NCBI GenBank assembly: GCA_039715015.1
Contig: JBDLIE010000001.1
Span: 32,001 to 96,000 of the forward strand
Source of the DNA: Thermodesulfobacteriota bacterium
GTDB lineage: Bacteria; Desulfobacterota; Desulfobulbia; Desulfobulbales; SURF-16
DNA length: 64,000 bases
Reading direction: 5' to 3'
Numbering within the stretch: the stretch's first letter is position 1; every line of letters starts with the position of its first letter. The notes beneath the pieces are model-generated. The model was given only the letters and a program-made list of their open reading frames with translations, did no database searches and was not told where the DNA came from. Below are positions 10,136-19,216 of the stretch, piece by piece. A program made the position numbers and the translations under genes.

Positions 10136-10780
10136 ATGAGCCTACAAGAACAACTTGACCAGATGCACGCAAAAGTTCTGTCAGATATGCCCGACCAGGC
10201 AGCACTATTCGATGCTGACACAGAAGAACTCGTAAAACAGAGGATAGGGAGTGACGTTCCTGCTGTGGGAGGTAAATCTCCTGATTTTGAACTTCCTGAC
10301 CAACTGGGACGCCGGGTGCGCTCGGTTGATTTGAGATCAAAGGGGCCTCTCGTGGTCAGTTTCTATCGCGGCAACTGGTGACCATACTGTAATCTTGAGC
10401 TGCGGTCATTGCAGCAACACTTGCCCCAGATAACTGAACAGGGGGCCTCGCTGGTTGCTATCAGCCCCCAGATCCCTGCCGAATCATTGAGGATAGCCGA
10501 AAAAGACCATCTTTCATTTCTCGTGCTCAGTGATGTAGGGAGTGGGGTTGCCAGAAGCTTCGGTTTGGTGTTCACCCTTTCAGAGCATCTGCGGCCTCTT
10601 TTTGAAGGGCTTGGCATCGATCTAGTGAAATCCAACGGAACCGACACCTTTGAATTGCCGGTACCTGCTACGTTTGTCATCGACCCCAATGGCATAGTGC
10701 GAGCTTCCTATGTGAACGCCGATTATAAGCAGCGAATGGAGCCATCGCAAATTATTAAAGCCCTCAAAGAGGTGAACTAA
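10136..10780 (+). CDS. Peroxiredoxin-like (AhpC/TSA family) selenoprotein with UxxC motif
   Basis: ORFs 10136..10381 and 10409..10780 are in the same frame. Reading through TGA 10379-10381 gives FYRGNW-U-PYCNLEL, the usual WCPYC redox motif. RBS AAGGAG upstream. Confidence 0.85.
10395..10417 (+). promoter_or_regulatory. Putative bacterial SECIS hairpin
   Basis: GCTGC-ggtcatt-GCAGC stem-loop (10399-10415) starting 17 nt after the in-frame TGA, with G first in the loop. Confidence 0.65.
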
Positions 10781-11200
10781 TATTCGCGATGCAGATAAAT
10801 AATAGAGACATAAGTGTTTGAAGGCTACAGTGACCACCAAAAAATTCCTTTATCTAAGTGCGATACGCCAGGCAACCATACGCAGATGTGCCTCACCCGC
10901 ACCATGGATATCTCGACCTTGATGTTTTGGTGTCACTTCATCCTTGTCCACATCCCTCCTCGTTCAGGGCTGGATGGGGAGAAGCATTGGCAGGGCCAGG
11001 CTTTTTAATGATTGTCCTTGCCAACGAAACAACTCAGGAATGTTGAATGTTGGCATGGGCTGCATGCTCAATATTCAATATGCGGCAGGACTTAAATATA
11101 GATTTACAAGGCGTCTAACTTATACACGTCGGCCAAAATGAAAAATGATTCAAACTCCATCAACCAAACAGTATGACAGACCATCCCCAAGAGGAAGCTC

Positions 11201-11485
11201 ATGAAAGCAAAAACCATAATCTTTACTCTCTCTGCTCTCCTAACAACATCAACTTCCGTATTCGGCAAAGCTGAATACGTGAAACAATATCAATGCCCAA
11301 TAGAAGGTTGCAGTATTACCTGCATTACAAAATCAGAAGGCACCCTCCAAATTAAAGAAGCTAAGAGACTAACCATGTATATTTATCCAAGTGGTACAAC
11401 TGTTTACGAAGCAAAAATTTCCTTTGGAGAGAAAAAAACAATTGTTACCGGGGAAAGTGGAGTTTGCAAAATTGACCACAAATAA
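11201..11485 (+). CDS. Hypothetical secreted protein (integron cassette 1)
   Basis: RBS GAGG, signal peptide, four Cys, AT-rich; followed directly by an attC site. Confidence 0.7.
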   Translation: MKAKTIIFTLSALLTTSTSVFGKAEYVKQYQCPIEGCSITCITKSEGTLQIKEAKRLTMYIYPSGTTVYEAKISFGEKKTIVTGESGVCKIDHK

Positions 11486-11495
11486 TAAAGAAATT

Positions 11496-11613
11496 GCCCA
11501 ACAATAGGCTCAAGCACGACGCGCGAGCAAGCCAGCTTCATAGGCTTCGCCAACTCAATACAACCCGAACTTATCAACCTCCGCTAGGCGCGCGTCTTCG
11601 CTTTGCGTTAAAC
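11496..11613 (+). mobile_element. Integron attC recombination site
   Basis: Starts with RYYYAAC (GCCCAAC) plus an L''-like GCTCAAGC, has the inner inverted repeat GACGCGCG/CGCGCGTC, ends with GTTRRRY (GTTAAAC); 118 bp between two AT-rich ORFs. Confidence 0.8.
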
Positions 11614-11632
11614 AGTATAAAAGGATTATCAC

Positions 11633-12325
11633 ATGAAAGAAAAAGATAAATGGGACAAGTTCTCTATTATTTCAGGATTTTTGTCAGGTATTGTAATTGC
11701 GACAATAGGTATTGTATTTACAGTAAGTTTTTCGAGTAAACAGACTGAAATCGCTCAAAAGCAAACCGAATTAACAAGACAACAAATTCAAGTCTCTCAA
11801 ATTCAAACATTAGAAGCATTTATTCCTTATCTTGAGGACGATAATGCTGAAATGAGAAAATTTGCAGCACAGCGTATTGCTGATGCCGCCGGAGCAGACT
11901 ATGCAACTGAGCTAGAAAATATAGTGCAGAGCAACGAATTGAAAACAATAGCTGAAGACGCTCGAGCTAAAGGTCTTGGTGTAGGTCAACATCAACTGCC
12001 AGAGGCCAGGACGGTTAAGAGTGCAAATTCCAAATCAACAAAAGAAGGTTGGGTATACCTAGGTAATTTCGAGAATGGAGTATGGAAAACTCAATATCTT
12101 GATTTTGACATCAATGTTAATCCATCAACCCTTGATATGACAATTCAAACTGTCAAAAAGGAAACTGGATCACTTAATGTTAGAAAAGGTATACCGAATG
12201 TCATAGGACAATTCCCAAAAGTTATTGATGTGCTAAAGGTAGGTAGTGAGGTTGAAATATTAGACCATAAAGAATGGCTTACTAGCGGCTACATGTGGGC
12301 CCGTGTCAAGTATAGTGACAAATAA
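11633..12325 (+). CDS. Hypothetical membrane-anchored protein with C-terminal SH3b-like domain (integron cassette 2)
   Basis: N-terminal TM, coiled coil, C-terminal LNVRKG...VLKVGSEVEIL...WARV; starts 19 nt after attC. Confidence 0.7.
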   Translation: MKEKDKWDKFSIISGFLSGIVIATIGIVFTVSFSSKQTEIAQKQTELTRQQIQVSQIQTLEAFIPYLEDDNAEMRKFAAQRIADAAGADYATELENIVQSNELKTIAEDARAKGLGVGQHQLPEARTVKSANSKSTKEGWVYLGNFENGVWKTQYLDFDINVNPSTLDMTIQTVKKETGSLNVRKGIPNVIGQFPKVIDVLKVGSEVEILDHKEWLTSGYMWARVKYSDK

Positions 12326-12364
12326 TATCACTAACTAAAACTGAATAAACAAGCTAAAATACCT

Positions 12365-12445
12365 GTCCAACAATTCGCTCAAGAACGACGTGTGACAAGC
12401 CAGTTTTAACGGCTCCGGCCAACATAGTTTCATCTCGGAAGTTAT
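12365..12445 (+). mobile_element. Second attC site, truncated (left arm only)
   Basis: GTCCAACAATTCGCTCAAGAACGACGTGTGACAAGCCAG aligns with the first attC; similarity ends near 12445 and no right arm is seen. Confidence 0.65.
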
Positions 12446-12506
12446 GGGGAGATGATACAGAATTTCAAGCCCGGTTATCTTTTGTTGGCAGGGCAAAGGG
12501 CTCCTG

Positions 12507-13700
12507 TCAAGCCGTCTTGACAGGGTTTTTACGATATGTGAGGCTGGGTACGCCGTCAACGTAGATGCCTTCTAGGTAGGAGAGTTTTCTTGGCAGCTGT
12601 TTCACCGTGCCCCTGGTGATCAGGAATATTGCTTGCCGTCCGACAGTAAGCGTTCCCAGTTTCTCCATGCCGAAGAACCTGGCCCCATTTTCCGATGCGC
12701 ACCGGATGGTCTCCTCCAGTGAATAGCCAGCCTTGGTGAACAATTTCATCTCCTCGACCATCGACTCGCCATGGAGTAAGCCAACACTGCCGGCACCGGT
12801 TCCCACAGCCGTTGTCACCCCCAATTTTCTGGCAAAACGCAGTCGGGTTAGTTGTTCGGCGAGTATCTTTTTCCAAAAAGCCTCTGCGCCGGGGACCGGC
12901 TTTCCAGGAGCCACATAGCGCTGGGAGAAACGGCAACACACACTCCCGCCGGAGGCCGAACTGTCCAGGGCATTCTTGGCCCGCAGGACGCTAGGAATCC
13001 ACAACACATCCCTGTCCGCCATTTTCCTGAGATTGTCCTCGCCCATGGCGTAGCCCTGTTCGATGGCATCACACCCTGCCTCAAGCGCCTCCTCCACCTG
13101 CTGCCGGCCATTGGCCACCACCACCGCCTTTTTTTCGCCTCTGTGCTGCAGAATGCGGCACAGGTCTGCATGGTTAAGCCTAGGCTTTGGGGCTTCTTCG
13201 TCTTCGATATTGCCGGAATAAGCGATCTTGAGGAAATCACCGCCTGCCGAGCTGCCAGCTGCACTGTGCCTGCTCCGGCGAAGACGGCCGGATGTTCGAA
13301 TGTCAATCATGCTCCCCCTATCCATCCTGTGTTGATAGCGTTCCACCAGGTCGCTATCGCCGCTGTCGGCAACTCCCAGCACTCCGTGGGCATGGCAGTA
13401 GCTAATATGCTGCTCAAGCATGGCTGCCTTTTCCGCAAAGCCGGCCTCTTCAGCGGATAACCGCACCCCCCTGTCCAAGGAGGGCGATCGCGACAGGGAG
13501 ACGCTGCAGTCAACCAGCGCCGGCAAAATGGTGCAGTGCGAGAAGTCATCTATTGCAGGCCCGCCACTTTGGGGAAGGTCTGCTGCGGAGCCAATGGCGG
13601 TGATAATGGTGTCCTTCACTGCCAGAAAGACATTCCTGCGCACATCGGCGCCGCTGCCGTCGATCAGGCTTCCCGCCACAATAAATCGTGTTCCGTCCAT
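12507..13700 (-). CDS. Amidohydrolase family protein (metal ligands appear degenerate)
   Basis: LIDGSG, TILPALVDC, AVGTGAGS, LGTLTVGRQA fold motifs; the usual HxH is not evident. Confidence 0.7.
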   Translation of the reverse strand: MDGTRFIVAGSLIDGSGADVRRNVFLAVKDTIITAIGSAADLPQSGGPAIDDFSHCTILPALVDCSVSLSRSPSLDRGVRLSAEEAGFAEKAAMLEQHISYCHAHGVLGVADSGDSDLVERYQHRMDRGSMIDIRTSGRLRRSRHSAAGSSAGGDFLKIAYSGNIEDEEAPKPRLNHADLCRILQHRGEKKAVVVANGRQQVEEALEAGCDAIEQGYAMGEDNLRKMADRDVLWIPSVLRAKNALDSSASGGSVCCRFSQRYVAPGKPVPGAEAFWKKILAEQLTRLRFARKLGVTTAVGTGAGSVGLLHGESMVEEMKLFTKAGYSLEETIRCASENGARFFGMEKLGTLTVGRQAIFLITRGTVKQLPRKLSYLEGIYVDGVPSLTYRKNPVKTA

Positions 13701-13951
13701 GGTTATTTTGTTTCCTTATGTATGCGGCCGTGTTTTTGATGGGGTTTGATAAAGTAAAGAGACTCCTCTCTTGCCTCAAAGGTGACCATGAATTATTCAA
13801 AATAAAGACATTTCTCAACGTATCACAGCTCGTTGTCACGATGGAAGGAATCCTCTGTTGTGTTTGATAAACAACCTTTCCCTCCCGGACTTCAACGAAG
13901 AACCTTATTTTTTCGTTGCTCCATTCTTTATCTTTGCCCTACCATACAAGC

Positions 13952-15223
13952 ATGAAACATGTCCTTATAGTCGGCGGTGGATTTGCCGGGTTGAAGGCGG
14001 CAAAAACGCTGGGCAATAAAAAAGGCGTACGGGTCACCCTCATCGACCGTACGAACCATCATCTCTTTCAGCCCCTCTTGTATCAGGTGGCCATGGCCGC
14101 CCTGAGCCCGGCTGATATTGCCGGACCGATCCGTCATATTCTGGCCCGCTATAAAAACATCACAGTGCTCCAGGACGAGGTCACGGACGTGCATATGGCC
14201 GAAAGGCGAATCGTTACGCAAAGGGGCAGTCTTGATTACGACTATCTCATCCTGGCCTGCGGATCGCGGCACTCCTATTTTGGCAATGAGGAGTGGGAAG
14301 AGTTTGCCCCTGGGCTCAAAACAATCGAACAGGCCACTGAGATCAGACGCCGGGTGCTGACCGGTTATGAAGCGGCAGAAAGGGAGCAGGATCCCTATAA
14401 GCAACGCAGGCATCTCACCTTTGCCATTGTCGGCGGCGGCCCCACCGGTGTCGAACTGGCCGGGGCCATTGGCGAAATGAGCCGCTTTACCCTGGCCAGG
14501 GATTTTCGTAATATCGATCCCAAGCTGACCCGCATCGTCCTGATTGAGGCAGGTCCACGCATCCTGCCCTCTTTCCCGGAAAAGCTCGCCAGCAAGGCCA
14601 CCCGCGATCTTGAAAAACTTGGGGTCCAGGTCTGGCCTAATAGTCTTGTGACCACCATTGATGCCAATGGTGTGCAAATCGGCAAAGAACGGGTCGAGTG
14701 CGCAACCGTCCTTTGGGCCGCAGGGGTCCGGCCCTCAACACTAAATGAACTCCTTGAAGTGGACCTAGACAGACAGGGCAGGGTTATTGTTGAGCCGGAC
14801 CTCAGTGTTGCCGGCCACCCAGAGGTCTTTGTGGCTGGGGATCAGGTCCATTTTGCCCATGGCCTGGCAAATCCCCTTCCCGGTATTGCTCCGGTCGCCC
14901 TGCAGCAGGGACATTGGATAGCCCGCAACATCTTGCAGAGCATAAAGGGGGCAGCGTCCCGGCCATTTCAGTATCTCGACAAGGGCCAGCTGGCAACCAT
15001 TGGCCGAAGCCGGGCCATTCTCGAATTGGGCAAACTGCAACTCTCAGGATTTTTTGCCTGGCTTGCCTGGCTCCTCATCCATATCTACTACCTGATCGGC
15101 TTTCAAAATCGTGTCTTTGTCACCATGAACTGGGCCTGGTCTTTTTTAAACTTCCGCCGCGGGGCGCGATTGATCATCGGTAAGGAGTGGCGCTTTTATA
15201 AATCTCCAAAGCGCAAGCCATAA
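13952..15223 (+). CDS. ndh: Type II NADH dehydrogenase (NDH-2)
   Basis: VLIVGGGFAGL, HLFQPLLYQVA, IVGGGPTGVELAG, LWAAGV; ATG 13952 preferred as start. Confidence 0.9.
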   Translation: MKHVLIVGGGFAGLKAAKTLGNKKGVRVTLIDRTNHHLFQPLLYQVAMAALSPADIAGPIRHILARYKNITVLQDEVTDVHMAERRIVTQRGSLDYDYLILACGSRHSYFGNEEWEEFAPGLKTIEQATEIRRRVLTGYEAAEREQDPYKQRRHLTFAIVGGGPTGVELAGAIGEMSRFTLARDFRNIDPKLTRIVLIEAGPRILPSFPEKLASKATRDLEKLGVQVWPNSLVTTIDANGVQIGKERVECATVLWAAGVRPSTLNELLEVDLDRQGRVIVEPDLSVAGHPEVFVAGDQVHFAHGLANPLPGIAPVALQQGHWIARNILQSIKGAASRPFQYLDKGQLATIGRSRAILELGKLQLSGFFAWLAWLLIHIYYLIGFQNRVFVTMNWAWSFLNFRRGARLIIGKEWRFYKSPKRKP

Positions 15224-15417
15224 CAAGCATATTTAGTTGTCCGATGAGGGAAACTCTCGTTTCTAATTGATATTACTTGTCATGGATGGCCGCCTTTTTT
15301 TGACTCTTTACTCCTGGTCTATAGCCTCATTCTAGACAGCCGTGTTCGAAATAGGGGGAAGACCACGGTTTTCGACTCTACTTATCTTGCTGGACAACAA
15401 AATTTATTCCATTGTAG

Positions 15418-16070
15418 AAAACCACGTCCTGTGGGCGTGGTCAGAGTTCAGCGGCTCTGCCAGTTGAACGCTCAGATGTTACACCTATGCAAAGTTGTCC
15501 CCACAACTAAAAGCATAGGAGTAACAAATGAGTCGATTTAGAAAATTATCACATACCATTTGGCATTGCCAGTATCACATCGTTTTTGTGCCGAAGTACC
15601 GATTTAGGGTACTTGAAGGCGCAATAGCTACCGAGATTGAAAATTGTATAAAGTTGTTCAGCTCACAAAAAGAATGTGAGATTGTGGAGTTCAATGTCCA
15701 AATCGATCATGTTCATTTGCTAGTTTTTGTCCCGCCAAAGTTGTCAGTATCTGATTATGTGGGAATTATCAAAGGTCGAACAGCAATAAGAGTGTTCAAT
15801 AAGTTCAAGAGTTTGAAAACAAAGCCATATTTTGGCAATCATTTTTGGGCTCGCGGTTATTGTGTTGATACGGTTGGCTTGGATGCTGAAATGATACGTA
15901 AGTATGTAAAACATCAAGAGGAACAAGAGCGGAAAACTGAGCTAGACCAACCGAACTTGTTTTAACCCAATAAAGGGACAACTACTCCCCGGCCCCCTCA
16001 GGGGGCCAGGGCATACTCATCCCCTTACAGGGGTTAACTCAATACCTCCACCTCTGGTGGCGGTTATTTA
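15418..16070 (+). mobile_element. IS200-type element 1 (approximate ends)
   Basis: tnpA flanked by subterminal hairpins (ACCACGTCCTGTGGGCGTGGT left; GGCCCCCTCAGGGGGCC and CCACCTCTGGTGG right). Confidence 0.7.
15528..15965 (+). CDS. tnpA: IS200/IS605 family Y1 transposase
   Basis: YHIVFVPKYR, HUH motif DHVHL, HFWARGY, catalytic Tyr in IRKYV. Confidence 0.95.
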   Translation: MSRFRKLSHTIWHCQYHIVFVPKYRFRVLEGAIATEIENCIKLFSSQKECEIVEFNVQIDHVHLLVFVPPKLSVSDYVGIIKGRTAIRVFNKFKSLKTKPYFGNHFWARGYCVDTVGLDAEMIRKYVKHQEEQERKTELDQPNLF

Positions 16071-16175
16071 TTGATCAACTATGAGACAGCACTGGTTACC
16101 GATGATGATTTTAAAATCGAAGGTGAAGATTGACTCGGACAATCGGCGGAGCCGATGTAGCCGGCTTTAGTTATC

Positions 16176-16808
16176 CATAAACCCTCCACTTCTAGTGGAG
16201 GACCCGGATAGGTTCTACCGATCCGGGGTGAAAATAAAGTAGGTTCCGCCTCCAAAGAGAGCCTCACTACAGACTGAAATTGGAGAAAGAACCTATGCAT
16301 GAATGGGAAAGCTTATCCCACGTAAGGTGGGATTGCAAATATCATATAGTCATAGCGCCGAAGTGTCGGCAGAAAGTGCTATATGGCAAATTAAAACGAG
16401 ATCTTGGCGAGATACTGCGTGACTTGTGTCGGCAAAGGGGCGTTGGTCTGCTTGAAGGGCACCTAATGGCGGATCATGTCCATATGTGTTTGCGAGTACC
16501 TCCCAAGCATAGCATTGCCTTTGTTATTGGTTTTTTGAAAGGAAAGAGCGCAGTTCGTGTCCATCGTAAAGCAGGCAACAAGCGAGTAACTGGGTTGCAC
16601 TTTTGGGCAAGAGGTTATTGCGTGAGTACAGTTGGCCTTGACGAAGATACTGTTCGCAAATATATCCGCGAACAGGAAAAGGTCGATAAGCAGCAACTTG
16701 AATTGTTTGGTTAATTAACTAACAGCCCCCACGGGGGTCTCCATTATGTTAAACGCCCCCTTCAAGGGGGCTTCCTGAGGCCTCCCGCTCTGTGGGAGGC
16801 CTCACTTT
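16176..16808 (+). mobile_element. IS200-type element 2 (approximate ends)
   Basis: Hairpins CCTCCACTTCTAGTGGAGG left; GCCCCCTTCAAGGGGGC and GCCTCCCGCTCTGTGGGAGGC right. Confidence 0.7.
16295..16714 (+). CDS. tnpA: IS200/IS605 family Y1 transposase
   Basis: WDCKYHIV, DHVHM, HFWARGYCVSTVG, VRKYI; ATG 16295 after GGAG. Confidence 0.95.
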   Translation: MHEWESLSHVRWDCKYHIVIAPKCRQKVLYGKLKRDLGEILRDLCRQRGVGLLEGHLMADHVHMCLRVPPKHSIAFVIGFLKGKSAVRVHRKAGNKRVTGLHFWARGYCVSTVGLDEDTVRKYIREQEKVDKQQLELFG

Positions 16809-16819
16809 GTTTTTTCAAA

Positions 16820-16977
16820 CTTTGGTAAGATCCGCTTCAGTCCGAAGGTCAGCTGTGAACAAAACAGCATTTTTCTTGAAATCTTGACCATGTTTTCTTC
16901 TTTGAGCAGCCATTGCTTCCTCCTGCCGGTTTCATAACAACGAATTAACTGAATTTTCACTCTTGGGGGGAGGAGCA
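16820..16977 (-). pseudogene. IS3-family left end and orfA 5' fragment
   Basis: Minus strand AGGAGG + MAAQRRKHGQDFKKNAVL...; closely similar to 19089-19216. Confidence 0.6.
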
Positions 16978-16979
16978 AT

Positions 16980-17410
16980 CCTTTATTTCAGATGGTCGAA
17001 GTTCTCGTTGTCTTAATGTGATTGATGAATTTGACCACGAAGGGTTGTGTCGAGGTGGACTTTTCTTTGCCTGCAGAGTGAGTAATTCGAGTCCTTGAGC
17101 AGGTGATAGAATGGCGAGTCAAACTCCATGTGTTCCGTTGTGACAATGTCCCTGGGTATATCAGCCGCCGGACAATGGTCTGGGCAGAAAGACAACAAAT
17201 TCGTTTGGAGTTTATTCAGCCAGGGCAACCCCAACAAAATACGTATGTTAACCGGTGCAACCAGAACACTCCGTTGCCGCTGACTAGCTTGTATCTGTAC
17301 GATTCGATAAGGGAAGTCGATGAGTGTGCTACACGTTAGCTGTGGACCTTATAATGATAAACGAACCAACATGCACAGGGGGGGGGCTCCCATGCAAAAA
17401 AAACAGGAGT
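16980..17410 (+). pseudogene. IS3-family transposase orfB (DDE) remnant
   Basis: Broken frames give LSDGRS..LNVID, RVLEQVIEWR, RCDN.P.YIS, FIQPGQPQQN, with stops and frameshifts. Confidence 0.75.
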
Positions 17411-17609
17411 TTGCGGGGTGAAGCTCTACTGTTTTTCGGGTAAATTACTCTGGAATCTCTCTTGCTCTTATTGCCTTCTTTATCCTCCTTCACAACCAAA
17501 ATCCTCACTTGCAACATTGACGCTTAAGTGATACATGGTGTCAGGCAGTCAATAGAGTTGACTTTTTTTCGCTGTTTTAACGACCAAAACACATTCCAAA
17601 GGAGATTTC

Positions 17610-18629
17610 ATGAATCACTCCCATCTTAGCAGAATTATCTTTTTGTTTATTGCCTTTCAGCTGACAGGTCTTGTCTCTGTGCATGCTGACAACGATAAGT
17701 ATAAGTTGGTTGTTTTTGGAGACAGCCTGGTTGACATCGGCAATTCTCTATCTTTATCCTATTTGCAAACAAACCTGGATGGTTCTGTCGAGTCCAGACT
17801 GGTTATCCCGCCAACTACCCGTTATGACCGAGGTCATTATTCTAATGGTCCCGTGGTTTCTGATTATCTTGCCCGTAAATTTAAAGTGGATTTGAAACTC
17901 TCAAGCCAAGGTGCCGACCTCGACACAGACAGCGTCTGCTATGGATATGGAGGGTCGGAAACCGGCATATCAAATTCCAACGAAGCTCCTGATCCGCGTT
18001 TCCTTCGAGTACCTGGTCTGCGTGCTCAGGTTGACCAGTATATCTATGACGTGGAAGAACAAGGCGTAACCTTGGATGGGGCTGTTTTTTTTATGAATTC
18101 TGGTTCCAACGATTATCATGCTAATCTCGTTTTCGGCAAGATACCACCCCCCTCAATGGTTGTGGACAATATAATTCAAGCCGCAACAGCCTTAACAGAC
18201 AATGGTGCTGAACTGGTGGTAGTTGCGAATGTGCCGGATCTTGGCCAAACGCCATTCTGCAACATGGCTGGCCTATGCGATGTTTTAGGCCAACTTGCTC
18301 TTGTTCATAATCAACTCCTCGCTCAGGGCATTGCGGAACTGAACAGTATGACAGATAGCAAAGTAATTGTTTTCGATACCTATTCGCTCTTTCGCGAGAT
18401 CCTGGCCGACCCGATTAGTTTCGACCTGCCTGATGATATAGGAGCAGGCGCGGCCGGCGGTTGTATTTTTCAGCCACCGTTCGCTTTTCAGTTAAGCAAC
18501 TGCGCATCAGTACCTTTCAAGTCAACAAGCTTATTCTGGGACGAAATGCATCCCGTAACAGAGATCCATAAAATCTTCGCCAAAGAAGTTTGGAAACAAT
18601 CAATCAAAAACAACCTACCGGAAGACTGA
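17610..18629 (+). CDS. Secreted SGNH/GDSL hydrolase (lipase/esterase)
   Basis: Signal peptide, VFGDSLVD, SNGPV, GSNDY, FWDEMHP; RBS AAGGAG. Confidence 0.9.
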   Translation: MNHSHLSRIIFLFIAFQLTGLVSVHADNDKYKLVVFGDSLVDIGNSLSLSYLQTNLDGSVESRLVIPPTTRYDRGHYSNGPVVSDYLARKFKVDLKLSSQGADLDTDSVCYGYGGSETGISNSNEAPDPRFLRVPGLRAQVDQYIYDVEEQGVTLDGAVFFMNSGSNDYHANLVFGKIPPPSMVVDNIIQAATALTDNGAELVVVANVPDLGQTPFCNMAGLCDVLGQLALVHNQLLAQGIAELNSMTDSKVIVFDTYSLFREILADPISFDLPDDIGAGAAGGCIFQPPFAFQLSNCASVPFKSTSLFWDEMHPVTEIHKIFAKEVWKQSIKNNLPED

Positions 18630-18708
18630 GGATTGATTAGCTCCTGGCTGCCTTAATCCAGGCTTCGCGTGCCCAGCTGTTTGATGTGTCCTGAAGCCAT
18701 CGTAACCC

Positions 18709-18741
18709 GAGATTGCCGAGCTGACTTGGCTCGGCAATCTC
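18709..18741. repeat. Perfect 13-bp inverted repeat
   Basis: GAGATTGCCGAGC-tgacttg-GCTCGGCAATCTC downstream of the GDSL gene; no U tail. Confidence 0.7.
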
Positions 18742-18751
18742 ACTATGAATC

Positions 18752-19216
18752 TGATCCCCCCTCCCTCCGAAAAAGTGGACACCTGGTTAAGCCACTTTTT
18801 TTCATTTGTAACCATCCTGATTCAAACATTGCAGGTGATTGCAGCCATCCGATGAATGACGTCGTCTTCGGTTGTGATAGGGTCAATGTAGTTGAAGATG
18901 ACCATGGTTTTTTTTAATATCAAGCTTCATGGCGGATTCTTTCAATTTGCTCTTCTGCTCATTCCCCCTCTTCGTTACCATGGAAAGCGTATCGTCCCTG
19001 TCTTTGCTGACATTTCCAGTGCCACCGGTAGAGTATGCCTGGATCTATGAAGATTTATTAACTGTCGACCACACAGAGCGGCCAGACTCAGCTGTGAACA
19101 ACACTGCATTTCGTTTGCAATCTTGACCATGTTTTCTTCTTTGAGCACCCATTGCTTCCTCCTGTCGGTTTCATAACAACGATTAAGCTGAGTGTTCCCT
19201 CTTGGGTAAAGGATCA
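18752..19216 (-). mobile_element. Internally deleted, degenerate IS3-family element (465 bp)
   Basis: Termini TGATCC...GGATCA; minus strand carries a decayed orfA (MGAQRRKHGQDCKRNAVL) joined to an orfB C-terminal remnant (HNRRRRHS..SPAMFE). Confidence 0.65.

Noticed and set aside
10850..10951. 33-aa minus-strand ORF with RBS ending HLRMVAWRIALR, reminiscent of an AhbD/NirJ radical SAM N-terminus
   Set aside because: Too short and lacks the CxxxCxxC motif; at most a gene scar.
13857..13876. Rex-like palindrome (TTGTGTTTGATAAACAA) upstream of ndh
   Set aside because: One base shorter than, and several mismatches from, the TTGTGAA-N4-TTCACAA consensus.
15966..16810. Clustered GC hairpins that could suggest a CRISPR array or ncRNA
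   Set aside because: No identical repeats with regular spacers; explained by IS200 end structures.
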